Shown: one piece after another, positions 1-7,658 of the stretch
Position numbering within the stretch: position 1 is the stretch's first letter
Layout of the letters: each line of letters opens with the position of its first letter
Origin: a virus
Lineage: Duplodnaviria > Caudoviricetes
Virus record (IMG/VR): IMGVR_UViG_3300049070_000060
Coordinates: 1-36,749 of that record
Strand: one strand, 5' to 3'
DNA length: 36,749 bases
Translations under genes and position numbers: made by a program
The notes under the pieces: model-generated
Seen by the model: the letters and a program-made list of their open reading frames with translations, nothing else
Databases searched by the model: none
What the model was told of the DNA's origin: nothing

Positions 1-108
1 GGTTACGCCGCCGGTTACGCCGGTTACGCCGCCGGTGACGCCGCCAGTGACGCCGCCAGTGACGCCGCCAGAGCCGCCGCCAGAGCCGCCAGAGCCGCCG
101 CCAGAGCC
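1..108 (+). repeat. Degenerate 9/12-bp coding tandem repeat built on GCCGCC
   Basis: Units such as ggttacgccgcc, agtgacgccgcc and agagccgccgcc, all multiples of 3. Confidence 0.9.
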
Positions 109-207
109 AAAGACGAAGTTCTGTCGATGGTGGCTGAAATCGGCGTGCAGGCGCTTATCAAAGCGGGTTCGCCAGGGTGTAAGTGGCTTTCACTTGTAAA
201 GGATTGA
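1..207 (+). CDS. C-terminal part of an Ala-rich repeat protein (probable continuation of the ORF starting at 36303)
   Basis: Frame 1 is open from base 1: GYAAGYAGYAAGDAASDAASDAARAAARAARAAARAKDEVLSMVAEIGVQALIKAGSPGCKWLSLVKD*. TGA at 205-207, next ATG at 210. Confidence 0.8.
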   Translation, partial: GYAAGYAGYAAGDAASDAASDAARAAARAARAAARAKDEVLSMVAEIGVQALIKAGSPGCKWLSLVKD

Positions 208-209
208 AA

Positions 210-569
210 ATGCCCATCTGCAAATCATGCGGCTACACGTTCACCCGGCGACACGATGGCCAGCACACCTGTCTTTCGTGCCAAATAATGGATGACACTT
301 TCGGCGGCGGTTCAAGAGCGATAAACGGCAGCGTTCTTAAACACTCATCACCTGCCGTCGCGATGACGGAACCTGCCGCCGATTATGATTTTGAAGATCA
401 GGCCGACACGATGGCCAGAGAGGCGATTGACCGCTTTCGCCAACTGCCGGGTGGGTTGCAATACTTCAGGGATGAGACCCGCCTTCACGAATTGATACGC
501 GGCGCTTTCCTCAAGGGAATTCAGTGCGGATTAGAGACCGCGATGGATGTGGCAAAGGTGAACGTATGA
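210..569 (+). CDS. Hypothetical protein with N-terminal CxxC...CxxC zinc finger
   Basis: MPICKSCG...TCLSCQ. ATG at 210 directly after the upstream stop; its stop overlaps the next ATG. Confidence 0.65.
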   Translation: MPICKSCGYTFTRRHDGQHTCLSCQIMDDTFGGGSRAINGSVLKHSSPAVAMTEPAADYDFEDQADTMAREAIDRFRQLPGGLQYFRDETRLHELIRGAFLKGIQCGLETAMDVAKVNV

Positions 570-691
570 GCCACGACGACATCCAAGTCATCATTTTCAC
601 CGTCGCCCTGATTGCCTTTTATCGCATCGGCCGCTGGATTGGCTACAAACAGCGCCGAATCGACGAACTCAAGGAGAAGGGAAAAGATTGA
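566..691 (+). CDS. Small single-TM membrane protein (41 aa)
   Basis: MSHDDIQVIIFTVALIAFYRIGRWIGYKQRRIDELKEKGKD. ATGA overlap upstream, stop abuts ATG 692. Not in the ORF track. Confidence 0.6.
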   Translation: MSHDDIQVIIFTVALIAFYRIGRWIGYKQRRIDELKEKGKD

Positions 692-1024
692 ATGAGCGGA
701 ACCGTTTACGACGTTGATTTTTTCATCCGCAAGTTCGAGGCGATACCGGAGGACCAATGGCGCTCTGGTGGCATCGGTAGCGCCACTGGGCGCAGATGCG
801 CCCTGGGTCATTGTGGGTTCAACTACCGCCCCGCCGACGAGGAAACGCCAGAGGCGAAAGCTTTAGCTGCACTACTGCCGCCCACTGACGCTGGCGCTAT
901 GGTATATCCGTTCTGGGGTCCATTGGACATCAATGACAACAGGGACCCACGCTACAGGCAGTCCACCCCCAAAGCCCGCATCCTCGCAGCCCTTAACGAC
1001 ATCAAGGAGAAGGCAGCCCAATGA
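692..1024 (+). CDS. Hypothetical phage protein
   Basis: Coupled to both neighbours; CALGHCG and IND motifs. Confidence 0.7.
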   Translation: MSGTVYDVDFFIRKFEAIPEDQWRSGGIGSATGRRCALGHCGFNYRPADEETPEAKALAALLPPTDAGAMVYPFWGPLDINDNRDPRYRQSTPKARILAALNDIKEKAAQ

Positions 1025-1152
1025 CCAACCAACTTTCAGAACTTCACGCCCGCATTGATGCGCGCGCACGGAAACGCGGTCGCTATGGCAGGCATTTTTT
1101 CAGCGAGGCGAGGAAAGCGGCGGCCACCCCTACTCAGGACGGCCAAACATGA
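1021..1152 (+). CDS. Small basic hypothetical protein (43 aa)
   Basis: ATGA overlaps at both ends; MTNQLSELHARIDARARKRGRYGRHFF... Confidence 0.5.
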   Translation: MTNQLSELHARIDARARKRGRYGRHFFSEARKAAATPTQDGQT

Positions 1153-1535
1153 CGAAACCGAACAACAATATGACGAATAAAGCGAAAGAGAAAATGGAAG
1201 TCAAGCAGGCGGTTTTTAAAACGTCCGTGCTTGTGTCGGAACTTCAGGCAATGCGGCTGGGAGATTGCCCGCCGCGCATGGAGTTGGACCGGATAGACAA
1301 TAACAAGGGTTATTCGCCGGAGAATTGCCGATGGGCAACCCACGCTGATCAGCAGCGCAACAAGACGAACACAAAAAACCTCACGTTCAACGGAAAGACC
1401 CAGTGCGCAAAACAGTGGGCCGCCGAACTCGGAATTCATTACGCCACTCTGATTTACAGACTGAATCGCGGCGGCTGGACAGTCGAGGCCGCACTCACAA
1501 CGCCGTCGCCACGGTTTGGAAAGGTGGTCGCTTGA
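1149..1535 (+). CDS. Chimeric ORF: unrelated N-terminus fused to the C-terminal half of a phage HNH endonuclease-like protein
   Basis: LDRIDNNKGYSPENCRWAT..QQRNK followed by TFNGKTQCAKQWAAELGI HTH-like tail; the usual N-terminal HG...YxxWxxM segment is absent here. Confidence 0.75.
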   Translation: MTKPNNNMTNKAKEKMEVKQAVFKTSVLVSELQAMRLGDCPPRMELDRIDNNKGYSPENCRWATHADQQRNKTNTKNLTFNGKTQCAKQWAAELGIHYATLIYRLNRGGWTVEAALTTPSPRFGKVVA

Positions 1536-2506
1536 GTTTCCAATCCAAGCCTGCATCCCGTGGCAACGTCAAACCGCTGATAGCGATTCATTCCGAAAGT
1601 GGCGGCGGCAAAAGTCTTTCCGCCCTTTACCTCGCCAGGGGAATCGTTGGGCCAAAAGGCAACATTCAGGTTCTCGATACCGAGCAGGGTCGAGGCGAAC
1701 TGTATTCCGACGTGCTGCCAGGTGGTTACAACGTCATTCCTTTTCCAGATCCGTTCTCGCCGGCCAGATACATCGAGGCAATCACCTATGCTGAAGGGCT
1801 TGGCGCCGAAATTATCGTCGTCGATCAGGGTTCGTCCGAATGGGAGGGGCCGGGAGGAGTCCTCGATATGGCCGGTGAGAACGAGGCGAAGGGCAACAAG
1901 GGGCTGTCCGTCTGGAAGGCGCCGAAAATGGAACATGCGAAGTTCATTCAAAAACTCCAGCGGTCCAGATGTCCGATAATCGTTTGCCTGCGCTCGAAAT
2001 ACAAATCGCGCCAGGTCAAGCAGAACGGCCGGACAGAGATCGTCCGCGATGAATTCCTGACGCCGATTCAGGATGAATCCTTTATTTTCGAATCGACCGT
2101 GCATGGCTATTGCACGCAGGACCATGCATTCCACCCGACGAAGATTTCCCATCCGTCCCTTGGTCGATGCCTGCCGAACGGCGAGCCAATCACCATCAAG
2201 CACGGCGAGTCCATTGCCAAATGGTGCGCGGCGCCGGGTGGCAAATCGTCGGGCATGCCGTCCAGTTTTTCGGAAGTCGCGATGTTGAAAAATGCGCTTT
2301 GGGAATTGACCAAAAAACACCACGGCGGGGACAAGACCAGACTGTTTCAATACCTGATCGACGAGGCCATTATCAGCGACACCGAAACACTGGACGATTA
2401 TTCAACTGTCGAACGGCTCAATAGCCTGATCGCCAAAGTAAAAGCGAAATTGGAAGCGGGGGGATACCAGGACGGGGTGGCGGCGGGCGAGAAAGGAACC
2501 CGATGA
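1532..2506 (+). CDS. AAA_24 / Sak4-like ATPase (phage recombinase-like)
   Basis: Walker A SESGGGKS, LDTEQG, Walker B IIVVD. TTG start at 1532 overlaps the upstream stop and is preceded by aaggtgg. Confidence 0.8.
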   Translation: MSFQSKPASRGNVKPLIAIHSESGGGKSLSALYLARGIVGPKGNIQVLDTEQGRGELYSDVLPGGYNVIPFPDPFSPARYIEAITYAEGLGAEIIVVDQGSSEWEGPGGVLDMAGENEAKGNKGLSVWKAPKMEHAKFIQKLQRSRCPIIVCLRSKYKSRQVKQNGRTEIVRDEFLTPIQDESFIFESTVHGYCTQDHAFHPTKISHPSLGRCLPNGEPITIKHGESIAKWCAAPGGKSSGMPSSFSEVAMLKNALWELTKKHHGGDKTRLFQYLIDEAIISDTETLDDYSTVERLNSLIAKVKAKLEAGGYQDGVAAGEKGTR

Positions 2507-2727
2507 TCAAATTTGCGGCGGAGAGCCGGGCGAACGGGAACAAGGTGATCGGGCTGGGGCTGAGCCGGGAGAACTGCCGGCGGCTGTTGGAAGGGCAGCC
2601 GATCCTGGTGGACGGCGTGGAGGTGAATTGTCCCGGGGTCGAGATTCTGCTGTTCGCCGGTGAGACGGAAGCGGAGCTGGTGCGGCAGTTTCAGGGATTC
2701 GCGCGGAACGCGGGGAGGGGCGGATGA
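2503..2727 (+). CDS. Hypothetical protein (G-rich segment)
   Basis: ATGA overlap, aagga upstream. Confidence 0.6.
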   Translation: MIKFAAESRANGNKVIGLGLSRENCRRLLEGQPILVDGVEVNCPGVEILLFAGETEAELVRQFQGFARNAGRGG

Positions 2728-2749
2728 GTGCAAACGTTTGCACACACGG

Positions 2750-2950
2750 ATGATTTACCGGGTTCTCCATCAGCATGGCGAAGACGAGCGGATCGCGCTG
2801 ATCGGCCAGACGGCGACGTGTGGTCGGGCGGTGGGGTTCGTGGTGGAGGACGACGCGAAGGCGGACCGCTACGTGGCTAAGCTGCAGGGCGCACGCCTTG
2901 GAATTCGACTTCCGACGCAACTGGATAACGGACCTTATCAAACCAAATGA
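2750..2950 (+). CDS. Hypothetical protein, possibly a chimeric remnant
   Basis: MIYRVLHQHGEDERIALIG...; base composition changes near 2895. Confidence 0.4.
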   Translation: MIYRVLHQHGEDERIALIGQTATCGRAVGFVVEDDAKADRYVAKLQGARLGIRLPTQLDNGPYQTK

Positions 2951-2968
2951 CTGAACGAAAGGGCAAAT

Positions 2969-3556
2969 ATGCAAATTGAAACTTACGAGATAGAAGAAAT
3001 CAAAGGTGATGCTGGCACGATGGCCGCCGATGCTGAGGCCGTAGAATTGGCGGCGCAATTGGGACTGGAGGGGCAACAGAAGCTTTCCGATCCCGAAACG
3101 CTGACACGCGCACCGTATCCAGCACTGACAGCGTTACAACGGCTCGTTTTCCAAACCCTGTTCCCGAGACATACGCCGGTGGAAAAATACTCCGAAGGCA
3201 TTATCCCGCTTCGCGTGCTTCAGGTCGTGGCATACTGCCGCCAAAACCATCTCTACCGTTATATTCATGTTTGGCACCCCGAGCCGGGGAACGTTGACCC
3301 CGTGCTGATCGGGACGAATCGGGAAAACGAATACTCCAGTGGTGATGACTTCCTGCTTGCGCGGTGGGGTGAATCGTTGGAGGCATTTGAAAAGCTAATC
3401 GCAAAGGCCAAGGTAAAATGGCTGGCCTCGAGGCGGTTGGAAATCACGCGAGCGATTAAGGAGGCTAAGTCGGACCTCGAACTACTCCACGAACGCGCTG
3501 ACGAAGCATTCGAAACGGGGCGCGGTGGACACTGCTACTACCAAGGAATCCGATGA
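2969..3556 (+). CDS. Hypothetical phage protein
   Basis: 195-aa ORF coupled to the next gene; DPVLIG and LLARWGE motifs. Confidence 0.8.
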   Translation: MQIETYEIEEIKGDAGTMAADAEAVELAAQLGLEGQQKLSDPETLTRAPYPALTALQRLVFQTLFPRHTPVEKYSEGIIPLRVLQVVAYCRQNHLYRYIHVWHPEPGNVDPVLIGTNRENEYSSGDDFLLARWGESLEAFEKLIAKAKVKWLASRRLEITRAIKEAKSDLELLHERADEAFETGRGGHCYYQGIR

Positions 3557-4545
3557 CCGAACCCCTCAAATGCACAATCGACGATTTGGCTGACGACATG
3601 CCGAACGTCTTCACGAATGCGAAAATTGTCGGCGATGGCATTGATTACGCCGAATATTCGAAGCAGTTTTTCATTCGCGGCCAGGCTGGCTATGTGATGA
3701 GCCGCACTGATCTCGTCGAATTCGATTTTTGCCCTGCTCGGTGGAAGAATGGATATCGGGACGAAGGCTCGTCGTTCACCGAGTGGGGTCAATTAATGGA
3801 TTGCCTTGTCCTGACGCCTGACGAATTCACCAGCCGAGTGGCAGTCTGCCCGTCCAAATACATGGGATCCAAAGGCGAAGAGAAGCCATGGACCTTCCAG
3901 TCTCCGAGCTGCCGGAAATGGCGCGAGATATTCGAGGCAATGGGCAAACAGGTCGTCACCAGCGAAAAGGCGGAACAGGCCGACAAAGCGACCGAGATAT
4001 TGCGCGAAGACGAAGACATTCTATTCATGCTCGAAAACAGCCTGCATCAGGTCTTCGTAACGGCTGAATATCGGGACGCTGAAACGGGAATCGTCGTGCC
4101 GGTCAAGGCGCTGATTGACATTGTGCCAACGCCCCAAAGACTTGGAATAGATTACGCAACAAACTCGGCGTTCCGTGACTCCCTCGCCGACTTCAAAACG
4201 TGCTCCAACGCCCATCCACGGTCATGGGCCAAACACGTCTTCGATTACGACCTCCACACGCAAGCCGCTCTATACCTCGATCTGTATAACGCCGCGACAG
4301 GCGAACAGCGCGACGAATTTCGGCACATCCTGCAGGAAAGCTTCAAACCGTGGCAAATCGGAAAGCGGATCCTATCGAATGAATTCGTTTCGCTTGGTCG
4401 TTCAAAATATCAGCGAATTCTAAAGAGCTACTGCCAGTGCCTGAAATCAAACAATTGGCCAGGGTATGACGAACCCGGCAGCCACGACGTTGTAATTGAC
4501 GGCTGGAAGGTCACCGAACCGATCGACTGGATGTTGATGATATGA
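3553..4545 (+). CDS. PD-(D/E)XK exonuclease, RecE/exonuclease VIII-like (DUF3799-like)
   Basis: KALID...LADFKT catalytic pattern, YDLHTQAALY motif, C-terminal NWPGY; lies near the Sak4-like ATPase. Confidence 0.85.
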   Translation: MTEPLKCTIDDLADDMPNVFTNAKIVGDGIDYAEYSKQFFIRGQAGYVMSRTDLVEFDFCPARWKNGYRDEGSSFTEWGQLMDCLVLTPDEFTSRVAVCPSKYMGSKGEEKPWTFQSPSCRKWREIFEAMGKQVVTSEKAEQADKATEILREDEDILFMLENSLHQVFVTAEYRDAETGIVVPVKALIDIVPTPQRLGIDYATNSAFRDSLADFKTCSNAHPRSWAKHVFDYDLHTQAALYLDLYNAATGEQRDEFRHILQESFKPWQIGKRILSNEFVSLGRSKYQRILKSYCQCLKSNNWPGYDEPGSHDVVIDGWKVTEPIDWMLMI

Positions 4546-4733
4546 AAAATGCAAATAAGACAACAAATCTGATCCACGGTGCAAATCGCGTTGGACAGCG
4601 TTGGACAGAATATAAAATCTGGCTAAGCATGCCGGCCGAAACCCGTCGCGAAATCAAGGCGCCGACTCAGCCAGAAGTTTGCCAACCCATCAAACCGCAT
4701 GACAACCAAACTGACAATCGGGCAGAGGGATGA
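4542..4733 (+). CDS. Chimeric ORF: N-terminal segment of a phage HNH-family protein fused to an unrelated tail
   Basis: IHGANRVGQRWTEYKIWLSM resembles the HG...xEYxxWxxM start of this HNH family; ATGA overlaps at both ends. Confidence 0.55.
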   Translation: MKNANKTTNLIHGANRVGQRWTEYKIWLSMPAETRREIKAPTQPEVCQPIKPHDNQTDNRAEG

Positions 4734-5740
4734 ATGAACGAACGCACCTTGATTTGTTCAGCGGCATCGGCGGGTTTGCCCTTGCCGCACAGTGGGCAGG
4801 ATTCAGGACCGTTGCCTTCTGCGAACGAGAGCCATTCTGTCAAGCCGTGCTGCGAAAGCACTGGCCAGCAGTGCCCATCCACGATGACATCTGCAAGCTT
4901 GATGGGCGGCAATTCGCTGGAGTCGGACTACTCACAGGCGGATTTCCTTGCCAGCCTTTCAGTTGTGCCGGGAAGCGAAGAGGCAAGGAAGATGACCGCT
5001 ACCTCTGGCCGGAAATGCTGCGCGTTATTAAAGAGTCAAGGCCCCATTGGATTGTTGGCGAAAACGTTGCTGGAATCATCAATCTGGAACTCGACAGTTG
5101 TCTTTCTGACTTGGAAGCTTCGGGCTACACTGTCCAAGCGTTTGTTATTCCAGCTTGCGCCGTCGATGCCAAGCATAGGCGAGACAGAGTTTGGATTGTC
5201 GGCTCGCGAACGGAATCCAGAAGACCACCTGTGGTCAACGCCATGTGCGAAGTCAGGCGGAACAACACGGAAGGACTTCGGAATATCACTAACAGAACAA
5301 GCACGACTGTTTCCGACTCCACGGGCGAACGACGCAGAGAAGCGGGGAAACATAGCGATCGATGTTCGGAACGGATTACTAGCCGCGGTCAAGATGTGGC
5401 CAACACCGAAAGCGATACTCAGGGGGGGATGCATGTCAGAAATGAAGCGTCGCAGTCCAGACCTGCATGCACTAGTGAAAATGTTTCCAACGCCGAATGC
5501 ATCGGACAACAGGAACCGCGGCAGCCTAAACAATCCGTCTATCCAGAGGAGGATTGCGATAGGGAAGCAAATCGGACTGACAATGCAAGTCGGTGGCCAA
5601 CTGAACCCGACGTGGGTCGAGTGGCTAATGGGATACCCAATCGGACACACCGAATTAGGGCACTCGGAAACGCAATCGTTCCGCAAGTCGCATATCAGAT
5701 CATCCAATCCATCAACCAAATCGAAAGTGATGCACAATGA
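4730..5740 (+). CDS. DNA (cytosine-5) methyltransferase, alpha chain (motifs I-VIII and X)
   Basis: DLFSGIGG (I), GGFPCQPFS (IV), ENV (VI), HRRDRVWIV (VIII), RIRALGNAIVPQVA (X); no motif IX in this frame. Confidence 0.92.
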   Translation: MNERTHLDLFSGIGGFALAAQWAGFRTVAFCEREPFCQAVLRKHWPAVPIHDDICKLDGRQFAGVGLLTGGFPCQPFSCAGKRRGKEDDRYLWPEMLRVIKESRPHWIVGENVAGIINLELDSCLSDLEASGYTVQAFVIPACAVDAKHRRDRVWIVGSRTESRRPPVVNAMCEVRRNNTEGLRNITNRTSTTVSDSTGERRREAGKHSDRCSERITSRGQDVANTESDTQGGMHVRNEASQSRPACTSENVSNAECIGQQEPRQPKQSVYPEEDCDREANRTDNASRWPTEPDVGRVANGIPNRTHRIRALGNAIVPQVAYQIIQSINQIESDAQ

Positions 5741-5753
5741 GCCAGTCGAGTAA
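4734..5753 (+). CDS. Overlapping +1-frame ORF, putative methyltransferase beta chain (TRD-like repeats plus motif IX)
   Basis: 339 open codons, four (L/M)(W/F)(P/S)TP repeats, and LNPTWVEWLMGYP resembling motif IX (LTPRECARLQGFP type). Alternative start ATG 4992 after aaggaag. Confidence 0.75.
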   Translation: MNERTLICSAASAGLPLPHSGQDSGPLPSANESHSVKPCCESTGQQCPSTMTSASLMGGNSLESDYSQADFLASLSVVPGSEEARKMTATSGRKCCALLKSQGPIGLLAKTLLESSIWNSTVVFLTWKLRATLSKRLLFQLAPSMPSIGETEFGLSARERNPEDHLWSTPCAKSGGTTRKDFGISLTEQARLFPTPRANDAEKRGNIAIDVRNGLLAAVKMWPTPKAILRGGCMSEMKRRSPDLHALVKMFPTPNASDNRNRGSLNNPSIQRRIAIGKQIGLTMQVGGQLNPTWVEWLMGYPIGHTELGHSETQSFRKSHIRSSNPSTKSKVMHNEPVE

Positions 5754-5907
5754 CCGCGATATTTTCCCAAGCGAATTGTTCAAAACAAGGTTGTGCGAGC
5801 TGTGTGGCGCATACTGCTCCAATGGGACGGCGCGGCGGAAAGGTCGGTTAATGGATCGCAAAAGGATTGGTGAGTATCCCTTGAGGACAGGTAACAATGC
5901 GTGTTAA
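5737..5907 (+). CDS. Small Cys-containing hypothetical protein, 3' end altered by the IS insertion
   Basis: MSQSSNRDIFPSELFKTRLCELCGAYC...; removing the IS restores TGA directly after the AAA AGG ATT codons. Confidence 0.5.
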   Translation: MSQSSNRDIFPSELFKTRLCELCGAYCSNGTARRKGRLMDRKRIGEYPLRTGNNAC

Positions 5908-6694
5908 AGTAACAGGATTAAAAAAGACAATAAAGCATCTCGTGATGTTCTCGGGGGGGCTTTGCTCGTGGCTCACTGCCAAGCGCGTGGTTAAGCGCAA
6001 TGGACCTCAGGACGTGGCGCTACTGTTCGCGGATACCAAAATGGAGGACGAAGACCTTTACCGGTTTTTGGACGAAGCGGCGGCGAACGTCGGGGCACCG
6101 TTAATCAAGATCGCGGACGGGCGCACGCCATGGGGAGTCATGGAAGCCGAAAACCTCATTGCCAACTATCGGAGGGACCCCTGCTCACGAACACTCAAGC
6201 GCGAGCTATTAGACCGCTGGCGGGACGCCCATTGCACGCCGGAAGACACTACGGTTTACATTGGGTTAAACTGGGACGAAGAACATCGCCTCAAGCGCGT
6301 CCAGGCCCGCTGTAAGCCGTGGCGTTATGAAGCGCCGCTTATGGAAGCCCCCTTTGCCGACAAGCACCAGATGATGGAATTACTGAAGCGCGAAGGCATT
6401 ACGGTTCCACGTCTCTACACCATGGGGTTTCCGCATAACAACTGCGGTGGGTTTTGCGTGAAAGCTGGACAAGCGCATTTTGCACACCTGCTAAAGACGA
6501 TGCCCGAACGCTACGCCATGCACGAGGCTCAAGAGGAGGCTATGCGGTTTCAGGTCGGCAACCACTCCATAATGTGTGATCGTAGCGGCGGAAAAGCCCG
6601 TCCGCTCACCATGAAAGAGCTTCGGGAGAGGGTAGAAAAGCAACAGGTAGTTGACCTATTGGAATGGGGCGGCTGCGGTTGCGCAATCGAGTGA
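5897..6694 (+). CDS. PAPS-reductase-like (adenine nucleotide alpha hydrolase fold) protein, IS passenger
   Basis: VMFSGGLCS PP-loop-like motif, LFADT, DPCSRTLK, IGLNWDE, HNNCGGFCVK and terminal GCGC; exact start uncertain. Confidence 0.82.
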   Translation: MRVKVTGLKKTIKHLVMFSGGLCSWLTAKRVVKRNGPQDVALLFADTKMEDEDLYRFLDEAAANVGAPLIKIADGRTPWGVMEAENLIANYRRDPCSRTLKRELLDRWRDAHCTPEDTTVYIGLNWDEEHRLKRVQARCKPWRYEAPLMEAPFADKHQMMELLKREGITVPRLYTMGFPHNNCGGFCVKAGQAHFAHLLKTMPERYAMHEAQEEAMRFQVGNHSIMCDRSGGKARPLTMKELRERVEKQQVVDLLEWGGCGCAIE

Positions 6695-6698
6695 ACCT

Positions 6699-6851
6699 AT
6701 GAACACGAACAAACGCCAGTTCTTTAAGCTGCTTCGGAAAGCTGCAATCCCGTCCGACCCGCCATCAAAGCGAACATCGAAGAAACGGAAAACCGGTGGT
6801 TATACCGGTAAGCAAACTCGTTCACATAAGCCTGAAGATACTTCCCGCTAA
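6699..6851 (+). CDS. Small basic ORF antisense to the transposase 3' end
   Basis: ATG 5 nt after the passenger stop; MNTNKRQFFKLLRKAAIP amphipathic helix followed by a Lys/Arg-rich tail. Confidence 0.35.
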   Translation: MNTNKRQFFKLLRKAAIPSDPPSKRTSKKRKTGGYTGKQTRSHKPEDTSR

Positions 6852-7593
6852 CGCTATGGTGTGTGCCGTCAATAGACCGCTTCAGTTGGGACCAGAACCC
6901 ATCAATGGTGTTGGTGTGGCAGAGGCCGCGCACATACTCCTTGGCACCGTGATTGACATGCTGGTGCTTGAATCCGAAACCGGCCAAGTAGTTGTAGACC
7001 GGGAGTTCGTCGGTATGCACAGTCGAGCCGCGTTCAACGTTCTGGTTAATATTTCCAAACGCTTGGGCCGTGGTAATCGCGCCAACCACCTTGGCTCTTA
7101 CCTTTCCGCCACGCTCCACGATACCAACAACGGGCGTCTTGCCAGCCACGCCACGGCCCCGCTTGCCGGGTCGGATGCCGCCGACATAGGTTTCGTCCGC
7201 CTCGACAGTGCCTTTAAGCTTGCCGGGGTCTTCGTCCATCAGCTTGCGGATTTGGTGAGCCATGCGCCAAGCGGTCTTGTAGGTAACACCCAGTTGACGC
7301 TCCAACTCTTTGGCCGCGACACCGTTGCGCGAAGTGGACATGAGGAAGATTGCAAAAAACCACGATTGCAGGCTCGTGCTGGACTTGTGGAAGATCGTCC
7401 CCGCTGTCGGATATACTTGGTGGCCACACCACGAGCAGGAGTATGCGCGGCGTTCCATGATTGGGTAGAAACAGTCCTTCTTTCCGCACTCAGCACAGGT
7501 GCCGCCGTCTGGCCAACGAACCTTAAACATATAATCGAGGCACGCCCGGTCATCGGGAAACTGACCGTTGAATTCTTTTAACGTGTAACGCAT
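6724..7593 (-). CDS. IS1595-family DDE transposase
   Basis: Zn ribbon CAECG...CSWC, TAGTIFH, VEADETYVGG, VHTDE, VNHG, HTNTIDGFWSQLKR, YVNEFAYRYN. ATG 7593 chosen from promoter position. Confidence 0.95.
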   Translation of the reverse strand: MRYTLKEFNGQFPDDRACLDYMFKVRWPDGGTCAECGKKDCFYPIMERRAYSCSWCGHQVYPTAGTIFHKSSTSLQSWFFAIFLMSTSRNGVAAKELERQLGVTYKTAWRMAHQIRKLMDEDPGKLKGTVEADETYVGGIRPGKRGRGVAGKTPVVGIVERGGKVRAKVVGAITTAQAFGNINQNVERGSTVHTDELPVYNYLAGFGFKHQHVNHGAKEYVRGLCHTNTIDGFWSQLKRSIDGTHHSVSGKYLQAYVNEFAYRYNHRFSVSSMFALMAGRTGLQLSEAA

Positions 7594-7600
7594 GAATGAA

Positions 7601-7629
7601 ATCTTACAATAAAAACTACCTGTCGTCAA
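7601..7629 (-). promoter_or_regulatory. Sigma70-type promoter with -35 inside the right TIR, driving a probably leaderless transposase mRNA
   Basis: Minus strand TTGACG-17 bp-TAAGAT-7 bp-ATG. Confidence 0.7.
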
Positions 7630-7658
7630 GGGATAATCACCAAAGGATTTGAAGGAAA

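Larger units (their letters stand above)
5869..7641. mobile_element. IS1595-family transporter IS (1773 bp) with passenger gene
   Basis: TIRs ggtgagtatcccttgaggacagg (5869-5891) and ggtgattatcccttgacgacagg (reverse complement of 7619-7641), 21/23 identical. 8-bp TSD AAAGGATT at 5861-5868 and 7642-7649. Confidence 0.93.

Noticed and set aside
1149-1535. Intron-encoded homing endonuclease
   Set aside because: The ORF is translationally coupled to both neighbours, leaving no room for a group I intron core.
6796-7581. Long antisense ORFs (also 1454-2350, 5036-5770, 8266-9084, 34601-35425)
   Set aside because: Shadows of well-supported genes in GC-rich DNA, with no recognisable motifs.
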